Made by a program: the position numbers and the translations under genes. This document shows, one piece after another, positions 37,401-47,237 of a DNA stretch of 64,000 nucleotides (the stretch's first letter is position 1; each line of letters opens with the position of its first letter). The DNA is taken from IMG/VR virus record IMGVR_UViG_3300025809_000009; one strand, written 5' to 3'. The notes below the pieces were generated by a model. That model had not been told where the DNA came from. It worked only from the letters and a program-made list of their open reading frames with translations, and did not search any database. The stretch comes from an uncultured virus (IMG/VR IMGVR_UViG_3300025809_000009) (Duplodnaviria; Heunggongvirae; Uroviricota; Caudoviricetes).

Positions 37401-40400
37401 AAAAGGGTTGTTTGGAACTAAAGCTAGAGTGTTTGGAAATGTTTGGGTTATGTTTTGCTCAAAATCCGAAACATCTGTGGTTCTAGCCTGCCCCAAGGTC
37501 AAGTCCAAACCTATGATATCATTAGAGGATCCTAGGTTAGCGTCGCCAGTAAACGGACCTTTATTACCCGCGTGATCCACAGATCTAACCCAAAAATATC
37601 TTTTATCATTAGGCTCTCCTTGATGCGTTACTTGCACGCTTGGAGATATTGCTGAAATATTTAAAACGTTTGTTGCGTTGGTTATTCCCGAAGCTGGGTC
37701 ATTAATCTCTGAGGGTATTGGACCGATACTGGTTAGGTCTCCAGTTATTCTTCTGTATCCGGATAAATTTCTTGTTTCGTCGAGAGTCGTATCCTCAGTT
37801 CCGAAATAAAGGTAGTTATCTTCCGACTCCCAAACTTCGTAATGGCTTATATCGTTTGGAGAAGTGTTTATTATGTTATTTGCAGAATTAAATTCTGCAT
37901 CAGGCATTTTCCAATTCAAGAAATAATTCCTAAAAGCCGTATCTCCCTTAAAATCTTTAACAGGGCCAGGGATCGCATCTTCTGTTGTTGAGAAAACTGG
38001 CCCCATGTATCCATTTTCGTTCTGGTTATTGTACCCATGAGGATAAACCAAAACCCGCTCAAGACTTCCTTGATTATCTGTTACGTTAAATAAGTCGCCA
38101 CTACCAAAAGAGTCAAAAGGAAGAAGCTTGTAATAATAACCGGTTATTTGATGTCCCAAACCCGGAATATTTGGTATCGGAGGCGAATCTGTAATTGATG
38201 TTATATTTTCCCCAAAAGTGGAGTCCCCAGGCCCCAATATTTCTGAAACAAAAGACCCTGCCCCAGAACCAGGAAAACCATTCGAATCTAGTATTGAAAA
38301 AACCGGATCACTAGATCTGTAGAGTTGAATCTTTGTTGTTTGTTCTCTTGAGCCATAAGCATAATTAAAATTAAAATGAACTTGGGTGACATTGCTCAAG
38401 GAGTCGACTTGAAAGCCTTGAGGTAATATACTAGGCTCTGGGTTATTACCAACGATCTTTCTTGAATTTAAAATTTGACCCAAAGGGCTTAAAATCGCCA
38501 ACTCAAGGCCGACGCTTCTTTTTCCGCTTTCTGGAATCCCTTCGTGTTTAAAAATTCTATCGTCAAAGCCCGTGTTTAACTCCCAATAAGGAATCCACTG
38601 AGAGGCTTGGTATGAAGAGTTTATTTGTGAAGCGCTGTCAACTACAGCTTCAAGAGGCGCTCCTGTCGGATTGTTAGCTAAACATTTATATATAGCTCCG
38701 TTAGAGAATACCTTATCTCCAACTTGGTGACTCGTAGAGAAGTCGCTCGATTGGTTATCGGTATTAGCCCAATAACTATTATTACTTAAGTTTGGAACCC
38801 TTGATCCTGCAGGGGTGTTTGGGCCGCTCGAATCGACCCCGCTCCATATATCATTAGCATATACAACAAAATCTGCGCTAGAAAAATCATCAAGCTGAGA
38901 CCAATTACGAATCGGAAAATCATAATTTTCAGCGAGTAAATAATATTTATTAGATGTCTCTGGGTTTTGAACTTGCCAATGGGTATACCCTGTCGAGGGA
39001 AGTATCTCTGAAGATTGTGGTACTGCAGCTATAGCTTTATAAATGTCTGCAGAAACGTTTGAAAAAGCTGAAGCGGTTTTCCAATGATTTATTCCTGTGC
39101 CTGGAGATATGTAATCAGAGCTTTCCTGCTGAATAATACATGTGTATAAAGACCCCTCGTATAAAACGCTATCGCCAACATCGAAAAACTTTCCCCCCTT
39201 ATAGATTTCCGTATTACCGTTTGGAGATATAATTAAATCGCCAATAGAATAGCTTTCAAGCTCATTATATAGTCCGATAACATCGCTTGCATCAGGCCCA
39301 ATAATTTCGTTATTAACTGTTCCAAACACAGAGTAAACTCCGCTAGCATAAGAGAAACTATCAGAGTGATGAAGGCCGGTTCTGAATAAATAATTTATGC
39401 CAGGACTCCAAGGCGAGACAAGAGGGGTCATCAACTTATCGGAGCTTAAAGCCGTTTCGCTTGTAGCTCTGTATAATGAGTTTTCAAATATTACATGGTC
39501 ACCATTATTATACTGACCAGAATAAGAAAAATCTTGATGCGCAGGAAAACCTCCTACTTTATAAATTGAATTATTTATTTCTCTTGTATATTCATAAGTT
39601 TCAAAAACTTTTGTGCCAGGAAGATCTTCGGATATACTTTCAACTCCATTTTCAGTAACAGAAGTTCTAGAATTTAAACCTTCAGTTATTCCAGTTAGAA
39701 ATAAATTTGTATCACTATCATATAAAGATCCACTTATTCCAAGAATAGAAGGTTTATCAGTAGACCCAACTAAAAATTTATATTGATTTAAATCTACTAA
39801 ATTATTATCCTGATCAGTTACATTCCAACGAAAAATTAAATCATCATCTCTTTCTATAAAATTTAAATTATCTATTTTTACATCAGACTTAAAAGGATTC
39901 AGCGCACCTCCTGGATGTAAACCTGTTTCAGTTAGATTGGTTCTTACTCCTGTACCATAACCATCAATAGGCACAAAAGAATAATAATAATTATACCCCC
40001 ATGTTTGATTAAATTCTTTATTATTTTCTGTTATATTTTCTTGAGTAAAAGAATGATCTATTACTGGCCCTATATTTGTCCAGTAGCTAGTGTCGCTTGT
40101 ATTTACATCTGGAAAGCTGGAATATATGTAATTTTGTATACATTCAAATACAACTGAATTGTGAACGACTTTATCTCCGACTCTATAATTATTGTGCTTT
40201 TCCCAAATAGGGGCCCTGCTCAGGCTTTCGTAATGATCTATGCTTTGTTGAAGGTTATAAGGATCGTATATTTCTTCGTCGCCAGGAATAGCGAGAGATG
40301 AGATTTGAGCTGCATAAAAATCGGTATCTTGAGAGGACCAACTAAAAGACATTTTTGCCCCCCTTAAATTATAGCTTAATGAGTCAACTGTAGGTAAATA

Positions 40401-41150
40401 ATTTATTCCAGTTAACACTCCAGTTGCTTGGCGACCAAACGCGTCGTTAGAGACAACCTCTAGCGCAAGAGTTCTGTCTAGATTTAATTCTGTTATTGTG
40501 TCATTTGACACTATAAAAGAAAAACCCGTATAAGCGTCCATCATATCAGATACCGATGCGGTATTGAGAGTTGACTGAAGAGCTACCGAGCTATTCAATT
40601 GTGTATCAGAGATTACATCGCCATTTTCTGTGTTTCTTATTTGCAGAGAAAAGTCTCTTAAAAGCTTATCGCTGAGCAGTTCGTTGCCCAACGACCTTCC
40701 TTCCTTCGCGTGGCCTGGAGGGGGAGATAGTCTCCATTCTATTTCGACATTTCTATTAATATACTCAGAATTAACTGCTAATAAATTACCGCTCTCAGAA
40801 GGTTCTATTTCGATAGTGCTTCCTATGTTTGAATCTTCTGGAAGATTTGAAACTTTGATTTCAGAAAAGGTAAAAGTATCATCAAATAACGGTGGGCTAA
40901 TCGATATTTTTTCCTCAATAAATTCAGAACGAATGCCTACCTCGCTTACTGCAAATATTCTGATTGAAAATGTACCGTAATTACCATTCAGCGATATGGT
41001 CTTCTGCGCGGTTTCTCCTTCAAAATCTACAAGCTTACTCCCTTTCCCTAGGTTGTATTGAAATGAGTAATTGTCGGACGAGCCAATGACCTCGTAATTA
41101 GCCTTGAGATCGTTTACATCAAACTGAATTCCTATTGCGGTAGATAGCAT
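34401..41150 (-). CDS. Large tail-tip/central fibre protein (C-terminal part of a gpJ-like host-specificity protein)
   Basis: FnIII-like motifs (IRIFAVSEVGIRS; YFWVRSVDHAGNKG), CBM5/12-like repeats, ATIGTAHIEEAAITNAKI pentapeptides, GGGxxN repeats, Trp-rich C-terminus. Confidence 0.75.
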   Translation of the reverse strand: MLSTAIGIQFDVNDLKANYEVIGSSDNYSFQYNLGKGSKLVDFEGETAQKTISLNGNYGTFSIRIFAVSEVGIRSEFIEEKISISPPLFDDTFTFSEIKVSNLPEDSNIGSTIEIEPSESGNLLAVNSEYINRNVEIEWRLSPPPGHAKEGRSLGNELLSDKLLRDFSLQIRNTENGDVISDTQLNSSVALQSTLNTASVSDMMDAYTGFSFIVSNDTITELNLDRTLALEVVSNDAFGRQATGVLTGINYLPTVDSLSYNLRGAKMSFSWSSQDTDFYAAQISSLAIPGDEEIYDPYNLQQSIDHYESLSRAPIWEKHNNYRVGDKVVHNSVVFECIQNYIYSSFPDVNTSDTSYWTNIGPVIDHSFTQENITENNKEFNQTWGYNYYYSFVPIDGYGTGVRTNLTETGLHPGGALNPFKSDVKIDNLNFIERDDDLIFRWNVTDQDNNLVDLNQYKFLVGSTDKPSILGISGSLYDSDTNLFLTGITEGLNSRTSVTENGVESISEDLPGTKVFETYEYTREINNSIYKVGGFPAHQDFSYSGQYNNGDHVIFENSLYRATSETALSSDKLMTPLVSPWSPGINYLFRTGLHHSDSFSYASGVYSVFGTVNNEIIGPDASDVIGLYNELESYSIGDLIISPNGNTEIYKGGKFFDVGDSVLYEGSLYTCIIQQESSDYISPGTGINHWKTASAFSNVSADIYKAIAAVPQSSEILPSTGYTHWQVQNPETSNKYYLLAENYDFPIRNWSQLDDFSSADFVVYANDIWSGVDSSGPNTPAGSRVPNLSNNSYWANTDNQSSDFSTSHQVGDKVFSNGAIYKCLANNPTGAPLEAVVDSASQINSSYQASQWIPYWELNTGFDDRIFKHEGIPESGKRSVGLELAILSPLGQILNSRKIVGNNPEPSILPQGFQVDSLSNVTQVHFNFNYAYGSREQTTKIQLYRSSDPVFSILDSNGFPGSGAGSFVSEILGPGDSTFGENITSITDSPPIPNIPGLGHQITGYYYKLLPFDSFGSGDLFNVTDNQGSLERVLVYPHGYNNQNENGYMGPVFSTTEDAIPGPVKDFKGDTAFRNYFLNWKMPDAEFNSANNIINTSPNDISHYEVWESEDNYLYFGTEDTTLDETRNLSGYRRITGDLTSIGPIPSEINDPASGITNATNVLNISAISPSVQVTHQGEPNDKRYFWVRSVDHAGNKGPFTGDANLGSSNDIIGLDLTLGQARTTDVSDFEQNITQTFPNTLALVPNNPFTANQPYGGEVSWDRHFVYNDGVGYVIGGSDTHDLKTSQGLSTAKYIYWKSGDMSALTAEQYSMLGLAAPGDKVVRLIDAEIDGAQNITSNQFSIKETDYDLGTNNQYNNHYIRFKNGLLDTQERKISNYQRFSNYATITLDRSFSQPPLNGDGIEILEEVAVSSAITNPLRSIQFSGQYRVSDYHPAGEGETSDPSAYAGPDMDSEKPSLLDDNDFIIARNAGGIPTPMWHAFANATIGTAHIEEAAITNAKIHNLTADKIRSSVIQSQDIQVGGDANSGQIRSAGFGLLNNSGTRGYDCVDAPGAGFAISGNGSFIFKTERGKLFFEEDELTIHGNIRQKDGSELTVMSMNAEPSVFNYEETADGIFKPELNQTSNITVRFNNSDITENDVRFKMELPDGTNVFNYTDYSNGYNTHGFEYQPNNTYFNSDTQVATATFKVGNKETNTAGFDKIIHGNDDIIDFQSVIIYASGIGTSTEHSTTVSVLANGAPGPTGKTPVYRGVWDSTKNYIGMEDGIQGSDTAEELRGDLVYYDNPSSPAGGNGHHYIAMKNSGPSSLVVAPGTHAQTDDYWKKFGAEFQSVATNLLLADNAVITHSLTMGSSDDDNPATNGAGGLIQSSDFVGGFDADGSLSASEDYSIAGFKLHKSATPPNDVYFDVGGPGVNYHSTSNPDDYSYIRYGSASKKIEIQGSFVNNSSRESVSFAATTSTDSQATFIGGGYENEIHKTASNLNSLGSSIVGGGLNNITGRFSFVGNGYNNNVGDNFSAIVAGYDNSMPDIDIDNNGANIIGAGSKNKIDGGSQQGVFAGRNNKIIYNPPVRDFGTYINSVWSSQQRRVVIGSDFYILNTNHLGGGSLNPEITASTPVGLSTAWSEGYYVDNVWFCDRLAAPTQMFMGNNAHSNHWVYAEDFLNISGKDYWLLYFPDFGSKPVTFWGFIAPLAAHALGGWAYFDPIRSPTSEGFWLWFSGVSSWVFIYNTSADAGFYYISTTQTTGYIP

Positions 41151-41153
41151 TTC

Positions 41154-44100
41154 TTATATCGTTAAATCGGTTAATATCAAAGTGTCAGGAGCTTCTGGAA
41201 TTCTCATGTCCGCTTGAGGGGGTATAGGCATAACTGGTTGCCTGACGACAGTTTGCTTGTCGACTGCGTCAAATTTAGATTGATTATATTCAAGACCAAC
41301 AACTTCATACTTGTTATGAGATTTTTCTTTTACACTCATTGTTCTAAAAAGTTGCCCCTGCAAGGATCTTTCAACCTCGGAAACAGGGGGAGGGATGAAA
41401 TTGATTTTCCCAAAGGATGTTATGCTTGCAGAGCTCAGCCTAGAAACAATAGCGGAAGAATTTTCTAATTCAAATTGATAATCATTTATTTTTATTAACC
41501 GCCAAGGATTAACGGACGTCGTCCACCTTTTATCTACATTATCGTACACATAAACAACATTTACATAATCATCAAAATCCCCAGAAGAATCTATTACATC
41601 TTCAACAAATACTTCTTGCCCATCCTGTATGACCTCTGTGTGAGTTTCGCTAAGGTTTATTCTTATGGATTCCTTTGCTTGCAGCGAAGAAGCTGCGCTT
41701 AAATAATCAAAAGAATTTATATCTACTTCCTTGTAATAGCCCGACCCGGTCAAAGTTTCTCTTCTTTGGTTAAGCGTTAAGCCCCCCAGATCCGAAGGAG
41801 AAGAATTTGTTAGGTTGGATCTTGGAGTGCCTACTATTTGATTTATAATATTCGGATGCCTAATAAAATAACCCGAGACTCCAAAAGACTTTTGAACAAT
41901 AATGTATTCAACATTGTTTAAAGTATAGCTATCTCCCACCGACCTTGAAGCGTCAGAGTCGTAAACAAAAAACTCGCACACGCTATTTCTATCATCGTAA
42001 TAAGGTATAACCCACCCACTTGCGGTACTGGATTCAGAATATAATGAATAAAAAAACCAAAAGGTATCTTTAAGCGAATCGTTGGTCCATACCCAACCGT
42101 TAGAAGAGCTTCCCTTTGATGACGAGGTGTAAAACCAAAAACCATCGTTTCCTGAAGACTTTCTTAACTGTCCAAGATATATCCAACCGAACTGCGTGAC
42201 ATACGCCCAATCATTGCCAAAAACGCGAACCCAACCAAGCCAGTCTGAGATCTTCCACCCTGGAAACTTCTTCGTGTCTTCGTTAGACTTTAACTCTAAC
42301 TTATCTACGACCGCCTGTTCGAGCTCTTTGTCTGTTTTCGCAGCCATCACGCCCTTTGCGCTCCAAGATGAGCCGATCATTATTTTAGTCAAAGCCTCTT
42401 TTGTTTTTTCTTGATCCTCCGGGCATATATAATGCAAGCCTCCATCGTTTCCAAGAGAATCTAAACCTTGGCTTGAAACATTTACCTCATCCCCTCCTGC
42501 AGAATAGCTTATTTTGAAAGTGTGTTTTGTTGAATCTTTTACATAATAAGCGGTGCTACCTCTTCTACTCATGCTAATCCCAGAAGGAAGAGATCCCTCT
42601 GTTGTAAATCTAACTCTATCTCCGTCGGCAAAGCCGTGATTAAATATTGAAAACGTATTGTCTGACAAAGACAGCTCAAAAGGAATTTTTAAAGAAAAGC
42701 CTCTCGCTATTACATTTTGTCCCTGGGGCCCTTTTTTTGTTACCTCCGAGTTGTAACCAATAGAGCATTCAAATTTAATTACCTGAGGAACTAAAACAGA
42801 CTCTATTTCGGCATCCTGATCAAGAGAGGAGCGCTCAAAAGGAGCTCTTAAGTTTATTTTCTCTTCCGTAGAATTAGCTAGACCAGTACATACTGTCAAT
42901 TCGACCATAGATACGAACGGCTCATCAACCATATGCTTATCTAACAAAATATATGGGCTATATACATCAAAAGATTTTTTCAAAACTCTATCCTGACCAG
43001 ACTGCTCAAATTCATATTGTTTTGTATAAAAATTTACATCCAAAACCCTTCCGCTCTTTGACTTACCCACCCTCATTTCATCAGAAACTTCGAAAATTGA
43101 TCCGGGATATAAATATGAAGCCTCGACAGAAGTCTCAAAAGAAACAGTTTCTGTTTCTAGTTGGGTGGTAAACAGAACCCACTTGGCGAGTCTTCTTGCT
43201 TGACTGGAGGATGTTACCCCAAAACCAAGAGTCTCCTTTTCTTTGAACCCAAAAGTTCTAACTGCATTTTTATCTTCTTCTTGAGCGGTTGCAGGCTTAA
43301 AGCTATCATCTTTATTGTTATATCTAACGATAGAGCTTGTTATTTTTTGATCCTTACTTACCCCAGAGTACGAAAAACCATCTTGACTTACGTTTGAATT
43401 ATTAAATAATTGAATAGGATTCTTATATGAATCTTGAATCGCCATTATTTTTCCATTATAAAAAGTAATAATCCCCCTAAATACAGACGCCATATTGTTA
43501 ATAAGCTGAAGAGCTTCCATTTCATCAGTTATATACAAGTTAGAAGTAAATCTTGGCTCGACTATAGCATGATTGATTTGAACCGCGCAACCACCAATCG
43601 TCTTGATAGAAGCTCCCTCTTGAAACGATGCACTCAAACCGCTTAAATCTGGACCCGAGACAATGACAGTGCCTCCCCCACTTTTATTTGGATTGCTTGA
43701 TATAATGTCTCTCTGTTCTATTTTGATTTCGCCAGATAACTGAGTAGCTCTTGATCGCAATTGCTGTATGGCTTCGCTTTTATTTGTTCCCGTCAAAGCC
43801 GAGATATCCTGGTTTCTTGATGGAATAAAAAAAGCTATCTTTTTCCCTTTGAATTGGTTTCCCGTTCCAAAATCTTTGATAAAATTATCGGAGCTATATG
43901 ATGCTTGGTCTATAGTTATGCTAAAAGAGTCTAGTTTGCTATTCGGCTCAACCACCGAGTTAAAATTTATAGGAGAACCAGAAGAGGTTTCTATTTCGTA
44001 ATCGGTTCTAACCAATTCGTCGCAGTATTTTGATATTCTATACAGCTGCCATCGATCGATATATTCTTCATATAGACCGTACTTCCCAACCCCATATCTA

Positions 44101-45818
44101 GCATTAGATAATAAATCATAAAAAACCCAAGCAGGATTATCCGTCCAATACTTGTCTTCATCGCTTACAGAATGTATGGACGAAAGAGAATCCGGCTGCC
44201 CCTTAAACAATCCATCCCAAGGCCCGTCATAATGCTTTGAGATTGGATCATAATTCGAAGGAATTAAAACTTTCTTTAACCTCGCATGATAAGATCTATC
44301 GGGTAAATTTGAAAAATTCTTACTGTCGAATTTGAGTTTGACGATAGCGCTATAAGGATAAAGCAGAGGCTCTTCTACGTATTCAGCAACGGAAGATAAC
44401 TTTAAACTTCTGTCTCTGCCTATTCCCCCTAACGCTCCTTTTACCGAGGGATCATATTCATTGCTTAACTTTATTAATTTAAAAGTTATACCTTTAGAGC
44501 TTATTTTTGGGCGATCAAATTCAATAATAACATCAAAAGCATACATCGAAGTGCAGAGGCCTGTAACAATAAACCTATTGCTTTCGTCGGTGGTTACGGC
44601 TCCGTTCAATGAATCATCAAACTTAACGATACAACCAGAACTTGGAGATAAGACATTGTGTTCGACATAGTCCTTTTCCATTAATATTGCAAATTGAACA
44701 TTGTTTTCCTGATTACTACCGTCATCGTTCTGTATCGACAAAGTTGTGTTCATTTCAATTCGAATTTTGTTAACGTTTTTGTTTGCCACAAAATGAGCTG
44801 CTATTTTGGCTCCGTTTTTCTTTGCGCTTTCTACATCAGGCCTATGCTCGGCTCCCCCCTCGTTTTTTGTGTAGGGTCCGGCTCCATATAACAACACGGA
44901 ATGATCAACAACAAAACAATTAAAATCTGAAATAATCAAAGTGTCTTTTTCTTCTCCTGTTTTGATCACAGGAGCCTCGCCATTTTCATTGAGTATATAA
45001 TTCGCAGTTCCAGTCTCGGCTTCGCTTATTGGGGTATTCACAACAGGCACATTGTTTAAAAAAATACCCTCCCGAAGGTCGTAACCCAAGACCTTCTGCA
45101 CTAGTCTCTCAATAATGCCAGAACGACTAAGGTTTATTAAGTTCCCATTTTGATCACAAAGTCCAGCTATCGGACCTTCACTCAATAAATCCAAAAACTC
45201 TATCTCGGTATAAGACTCTAAAACATGAGGCTTTCCTGGGACGTTTTTTCTTTTTGAGAGTTTGTGTTGAGATATATTTGTTGAACCTATTTTTAATCTT
45301 CCATAACCTAAAGGTACTGCAACGCCTTGACTTTGCCTATTAGCTATTCCCTTGAGCAAATAAGATTTTGTTGTTGTAGGGGTTTTTCTTTCGGGCGGCT
45401 TAAATAACGCTTTCATTATCGCCCCAACAACAAAAGACACAGCAACGGCTACAACTATTTTACCAACAAGAGTTAATCCGCCCGCAGTTGTTCCACCAAC
45501 AAACATAATTGACATTATAACTGCCGCATTGCCTTGTGGCGCGGGAACAATATGCATTTCTTGCTTCTTGTCCCTTATCTCAACCATAGACTCGGAGATC
45601 ATATGCTTTTTTAATTCTTTTTTTGATGAAATATCGGTCGGAGATTTATTTAAAACAGCATAATCAATACCGCCCGATTGACTTTTGGCAAGATACTCAA
45701 GAAACCCCTCCTTGTTAGCGTCTATAGCGGCAAAAACCTCCACAGCTGAGTCCGCGTTCAAGGTCCACTTTCTACCAAAGCGCTTTCCAAGCTTTCCATA
45801 TAAATATACTGTTTTCAT
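41154..45818 (-). CDS. Lambda gpI-like domain fused to gpJ-like tail tip protein (N-terminal part)
   Basis: MKTVYLYGKLGKRFG (gpI start); QGVAVPLGYGRLKIGS; DLLSEGPIAGL; WTDNPAWVFYDLL...RYG...YCDELV; EPRFT; GVTSSSQARRLAKW. Confidence 0.92.
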   Translation of the reverse strand: MKTVYLYGKLGKRFGRKWTLNADSAVEVFAAIDANKEGFLEYLAKSQSGGIDYAVLNKSPTDISSKKELKKHMISESMVEIRDKKQEMHIVPAPQGNAAVIMSIMFVGGTTAGGLTLVGKIVVAVAVSFVVGAIMKALFKPPERKTPTTTKSYLLKGIANRQSQGVAVPLGYGRLKIGSTNISQHKLSKRKNVPGKPHVLESYTEIEFLDLLSEGPIAGLCDQNGNLINLSRSGIIERLVQKVLGYDLREGIFLNNVPVVNTPISEAETGTANYILNENGEAPVIKTGEEKDTLIISDFNCFVVDHSVLLYGAGPYTKNEGGAEHRPDVESAKKNGAKIAAHFVANKNVNKIRIEMNTTLSIQNDDGSNQENNVQFAILMEKDYVEHNVLSPSSGCIVKFDDSLNGAVTTDESNRFIVTGLCTSMYAFDVIIEFDRPKISSKGITFKLIKLSNEYDPSVKGALGGIGRDRSLKLSSVAEYVEEPLLYPYSAIVKLKFDSKNFSNLPDRSYHARLKKVLIPSNYDPISKHYDGPWDGLFKGQPDSLSSIHSVSDEDKYWTDNPAWVFYDLLSNARYGVGKYGLYEEYIDRWQLYRISKYCDELVRTDYEIETSSGSPINFNSVVEPNSKLDSFSITIDQASYSSDNFIKDFGTGNQFKGKKIAFFIPSRNQDISALTGTNKSEAIQQLRSRATQLSGEIKIEQRDIISSNPNKSGGGTVIVSGPDLSGLSASFQEGASIKTIGGCAVQINHAIVEPRFTSNLYITDEMEALQLINNMASVFRGIITFYNGKIMAIQDSYKNPIQLFNNSNVSQDGFSYSGVSKDQKITSSIVRYNNKDDSFKPATAQEEDKNAVRTFGFKEKETLGFGVTSSSQARRLAKWVLFTTQLETETVSFETSVEASYLYPGSIFEVSDEMRVGKSKSGRVLDVNFYTKQYEFEQSGQDRVLKKSFDVYSPYILLDKHMVDEPFVSMVELTVCTGLANSTEEKINLRAPFERSSLDQDAEIESVLVPQVIKFECSIGYNSEVTKKGPQGQNVIARGFSLKIPFELSLSDNTFSIFNHGFADGDRVRFTTEGSLPSGISMSRRGSTAYYVKDSTKHTFKISYSAGGDEVNVSSQGLDSLGNDGGLHYICPEDQEKTKEALTKIMIGSSWSAKGVMAAKTDKELEQAVVDKLELKSNEDTKKFPGWKISDWLGWVRVFGNDWAYVTQFGWIYLGQLRKSSGNDGFWFYTSSSKGSSSNGWVWTNDSLKDTFWFFYSLYSESSTASGWVIPYYDDRNSVCEFFVYDSDASRSVGDSYTLNNVEYIIVQKSFGVSGYFIRHPNIINQIVGTPRSNLTNSSPSDLGGLTLNQRRETLTGSGYYKEVDINSFDYLSAASSLQAKESIRINLSETHTEVIQDGQEVFVEDVIDSSGDFDDYVNVVYVYDNVDKRWTTSVNPWRLIKINDYQFELENSSAIVSRLSSASITSFGKINFIPPPVSEVERSLQGQLFRTMSVKEKSHNKYEVVGLEYNQSKFDAVDKQTVVRQPVMPIPPQADMRIPEAPDTLILTDLTI

Positions 45819-45839
45819 TTAACCTTAAACCTTAAATAA

Positions 45840-46196
45840 CTATACACTTATATTGCCATATATACCAAATTCATCATCCCTAATGCTATAGATCAAAAAT
45901 GGGATACATAATTCATCAGAATATAACTTATCTGTAATAGATGGATTTACTGAGCAATTCACATGAGAATGATAAACATATAAAACTTTATTTTCTATAA
46001 AAATATTTAAATTAATCATAAAATGATGCTCAGGAAAAGGGCTTTCGTTTTTGCAAGGCAAAACCTTTAGGCCTGAAGTAGACTCAACGATCAATCCGCA
46101 ACTCTCCTCAGTTAAAGACCGCAAGCAATAAGTCTTAACCTGTTCGAGTATAGTTTTATGCAGCTGGATATCTTTCTGTGCCCGGGAAACCTCCAA
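45840..46196 (-). CDS. Tail assembly protein K-like JAB/MPN domain (no NlpC/P60 domain)
   Basis: EESCGLI...CKN...YHSHV...PS..D JAMM motif, positioned between L and I/J. Confidence 0.85.
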   Translation of the reverse strand: MEVSRAQKDIQLHKTILEQVKTYCLRSLTEESCGLIVESTSGLKVLPCKNESPFPEHHFMINLNIFIENKVLYVYHSHVNCSVNPSITDKLYSDELCIPFLIYSIRDDEFGIYGNISV

Positions 46197-47235
46197 ACCT
46201 TAATCCTTTATGAGTTATGTTTATTTTGTTATAATCGGTGATATTCCTAGACCCGCCCAAAGAATCCAAATGAGACTCAGAGAATCTTTTCTTGCAAGAG
46301 TCTATTGTTTTCTGACATTCGTCTTTTACCCAGTGATTATTGTCAAAAAACGGTATATGATCGGATGCAATAGCGTGGGTTTTTATACATAAAAAAACAA
46401 CGGGCGTAGATTTATAAGGGTCAGCCGAGCTTTGTGGAATTATTTTAACCAATGAGCCAGAGTCGTATCCGCCAGGAACTAGCTCGTTATCCAAAAACCC
46501 ATGCTTGCTCCACTTGGGAATATCGTCTAATCCATTGCCGTAATTGTTATGGGCATATTTCTGAGTTAGATCTCTGCCTTCGCTATCTTCTATAGCTAGG
46601 CCTTTGTACCCACAACCAATAGAGCATCTATACATCCAAGAGCAGTGAGACGGCATTACTATTCTTGCTGGAACACTTGATCCTTGAAGCTCTAATGAAG
46701 ACACAAGTTCAAAAGTAATTACATTTTTGTTTTCTATTGTTTTCTTGTTTATAAAAAATATATCATCAGGAAAGTGTGAGTTTGGATCGGATTCGCCAAA
46801 AGGATTCTTTCCTGATTCGTTTAAATTCCTATTTTGAAAGTTTTCATCATCAAGAAATTTAACAAAAGTTCTCTTCCTGGTAACCTTGCAATTGGCGAAA
46901 TCTTTATTAGATCTAATAATTTTAGATAAAAGCCCCTCGGGGTTAGCTATTGAAATTGTTGGCCTTGGAAGCCTTCCGTCTGACTGACTCTCAAAACCCT
47001 CCATTTTTACAGGTAAAGGTTGATAGGCATTCCCCTGCCAATAAACAGGGTTGCTTGAATTCTTCATGGGGCAAAACCTATATATAGCATCTGCGCCCAG
47101 ATTAACTCCGTGTAAATCCTTAAGCATTTCAAAGTTTGACTGAAGATTGCTAAAATCGATTTCGTACATATCCACGACCGAATCGGGAGTGATTGAAATT
47201 AATTGCTTATTAAAATTTGATTCTGATTTTGCCAT
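46156..47235 (-). CDS. Minor tail protein L-like (4Fe-4S Cys motif)
   Basis: WQGNAYQPLP..GFE...LPRPTISIAN...RKRTFVKFLD..NF; CSWMY...C.Y; DECQK...CKKRF...FGGFPG. Confidence 0.93.
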   Translation of the reverse strand: MAKSESNFNKQLISITPDSVVDMYEIDFSNLQSNFEMLKDLHGVNLGADAIYRFCPMKNSSNPVYWQGNAYQPLPVKMEGFESQSDGRLPRPTISIANPEGLLSKIIRSNKDFANCKVTRKRTFVKFLDDENFQNRNLNESGKNPFGESDPNSHFPDDIFFINKKTIENKNVITFELVSSLELQGSSVPARIVMPSHCSWMYRCSIGCGYKGLAIEDSEGRDLTQKYAHNNYGNGLDDIPKWSKHGFLDNELVPGGYDSGSLVKIIPQSSADPYKSTPVVFLCIKTHAIASDHIPFFDNNHWVKDECQKTIDSCKKRFSESHLDSLGGSRNITDYNKINITHKGLRFGGFPGTERYPAA

Positions 47236-47237
47236 AA

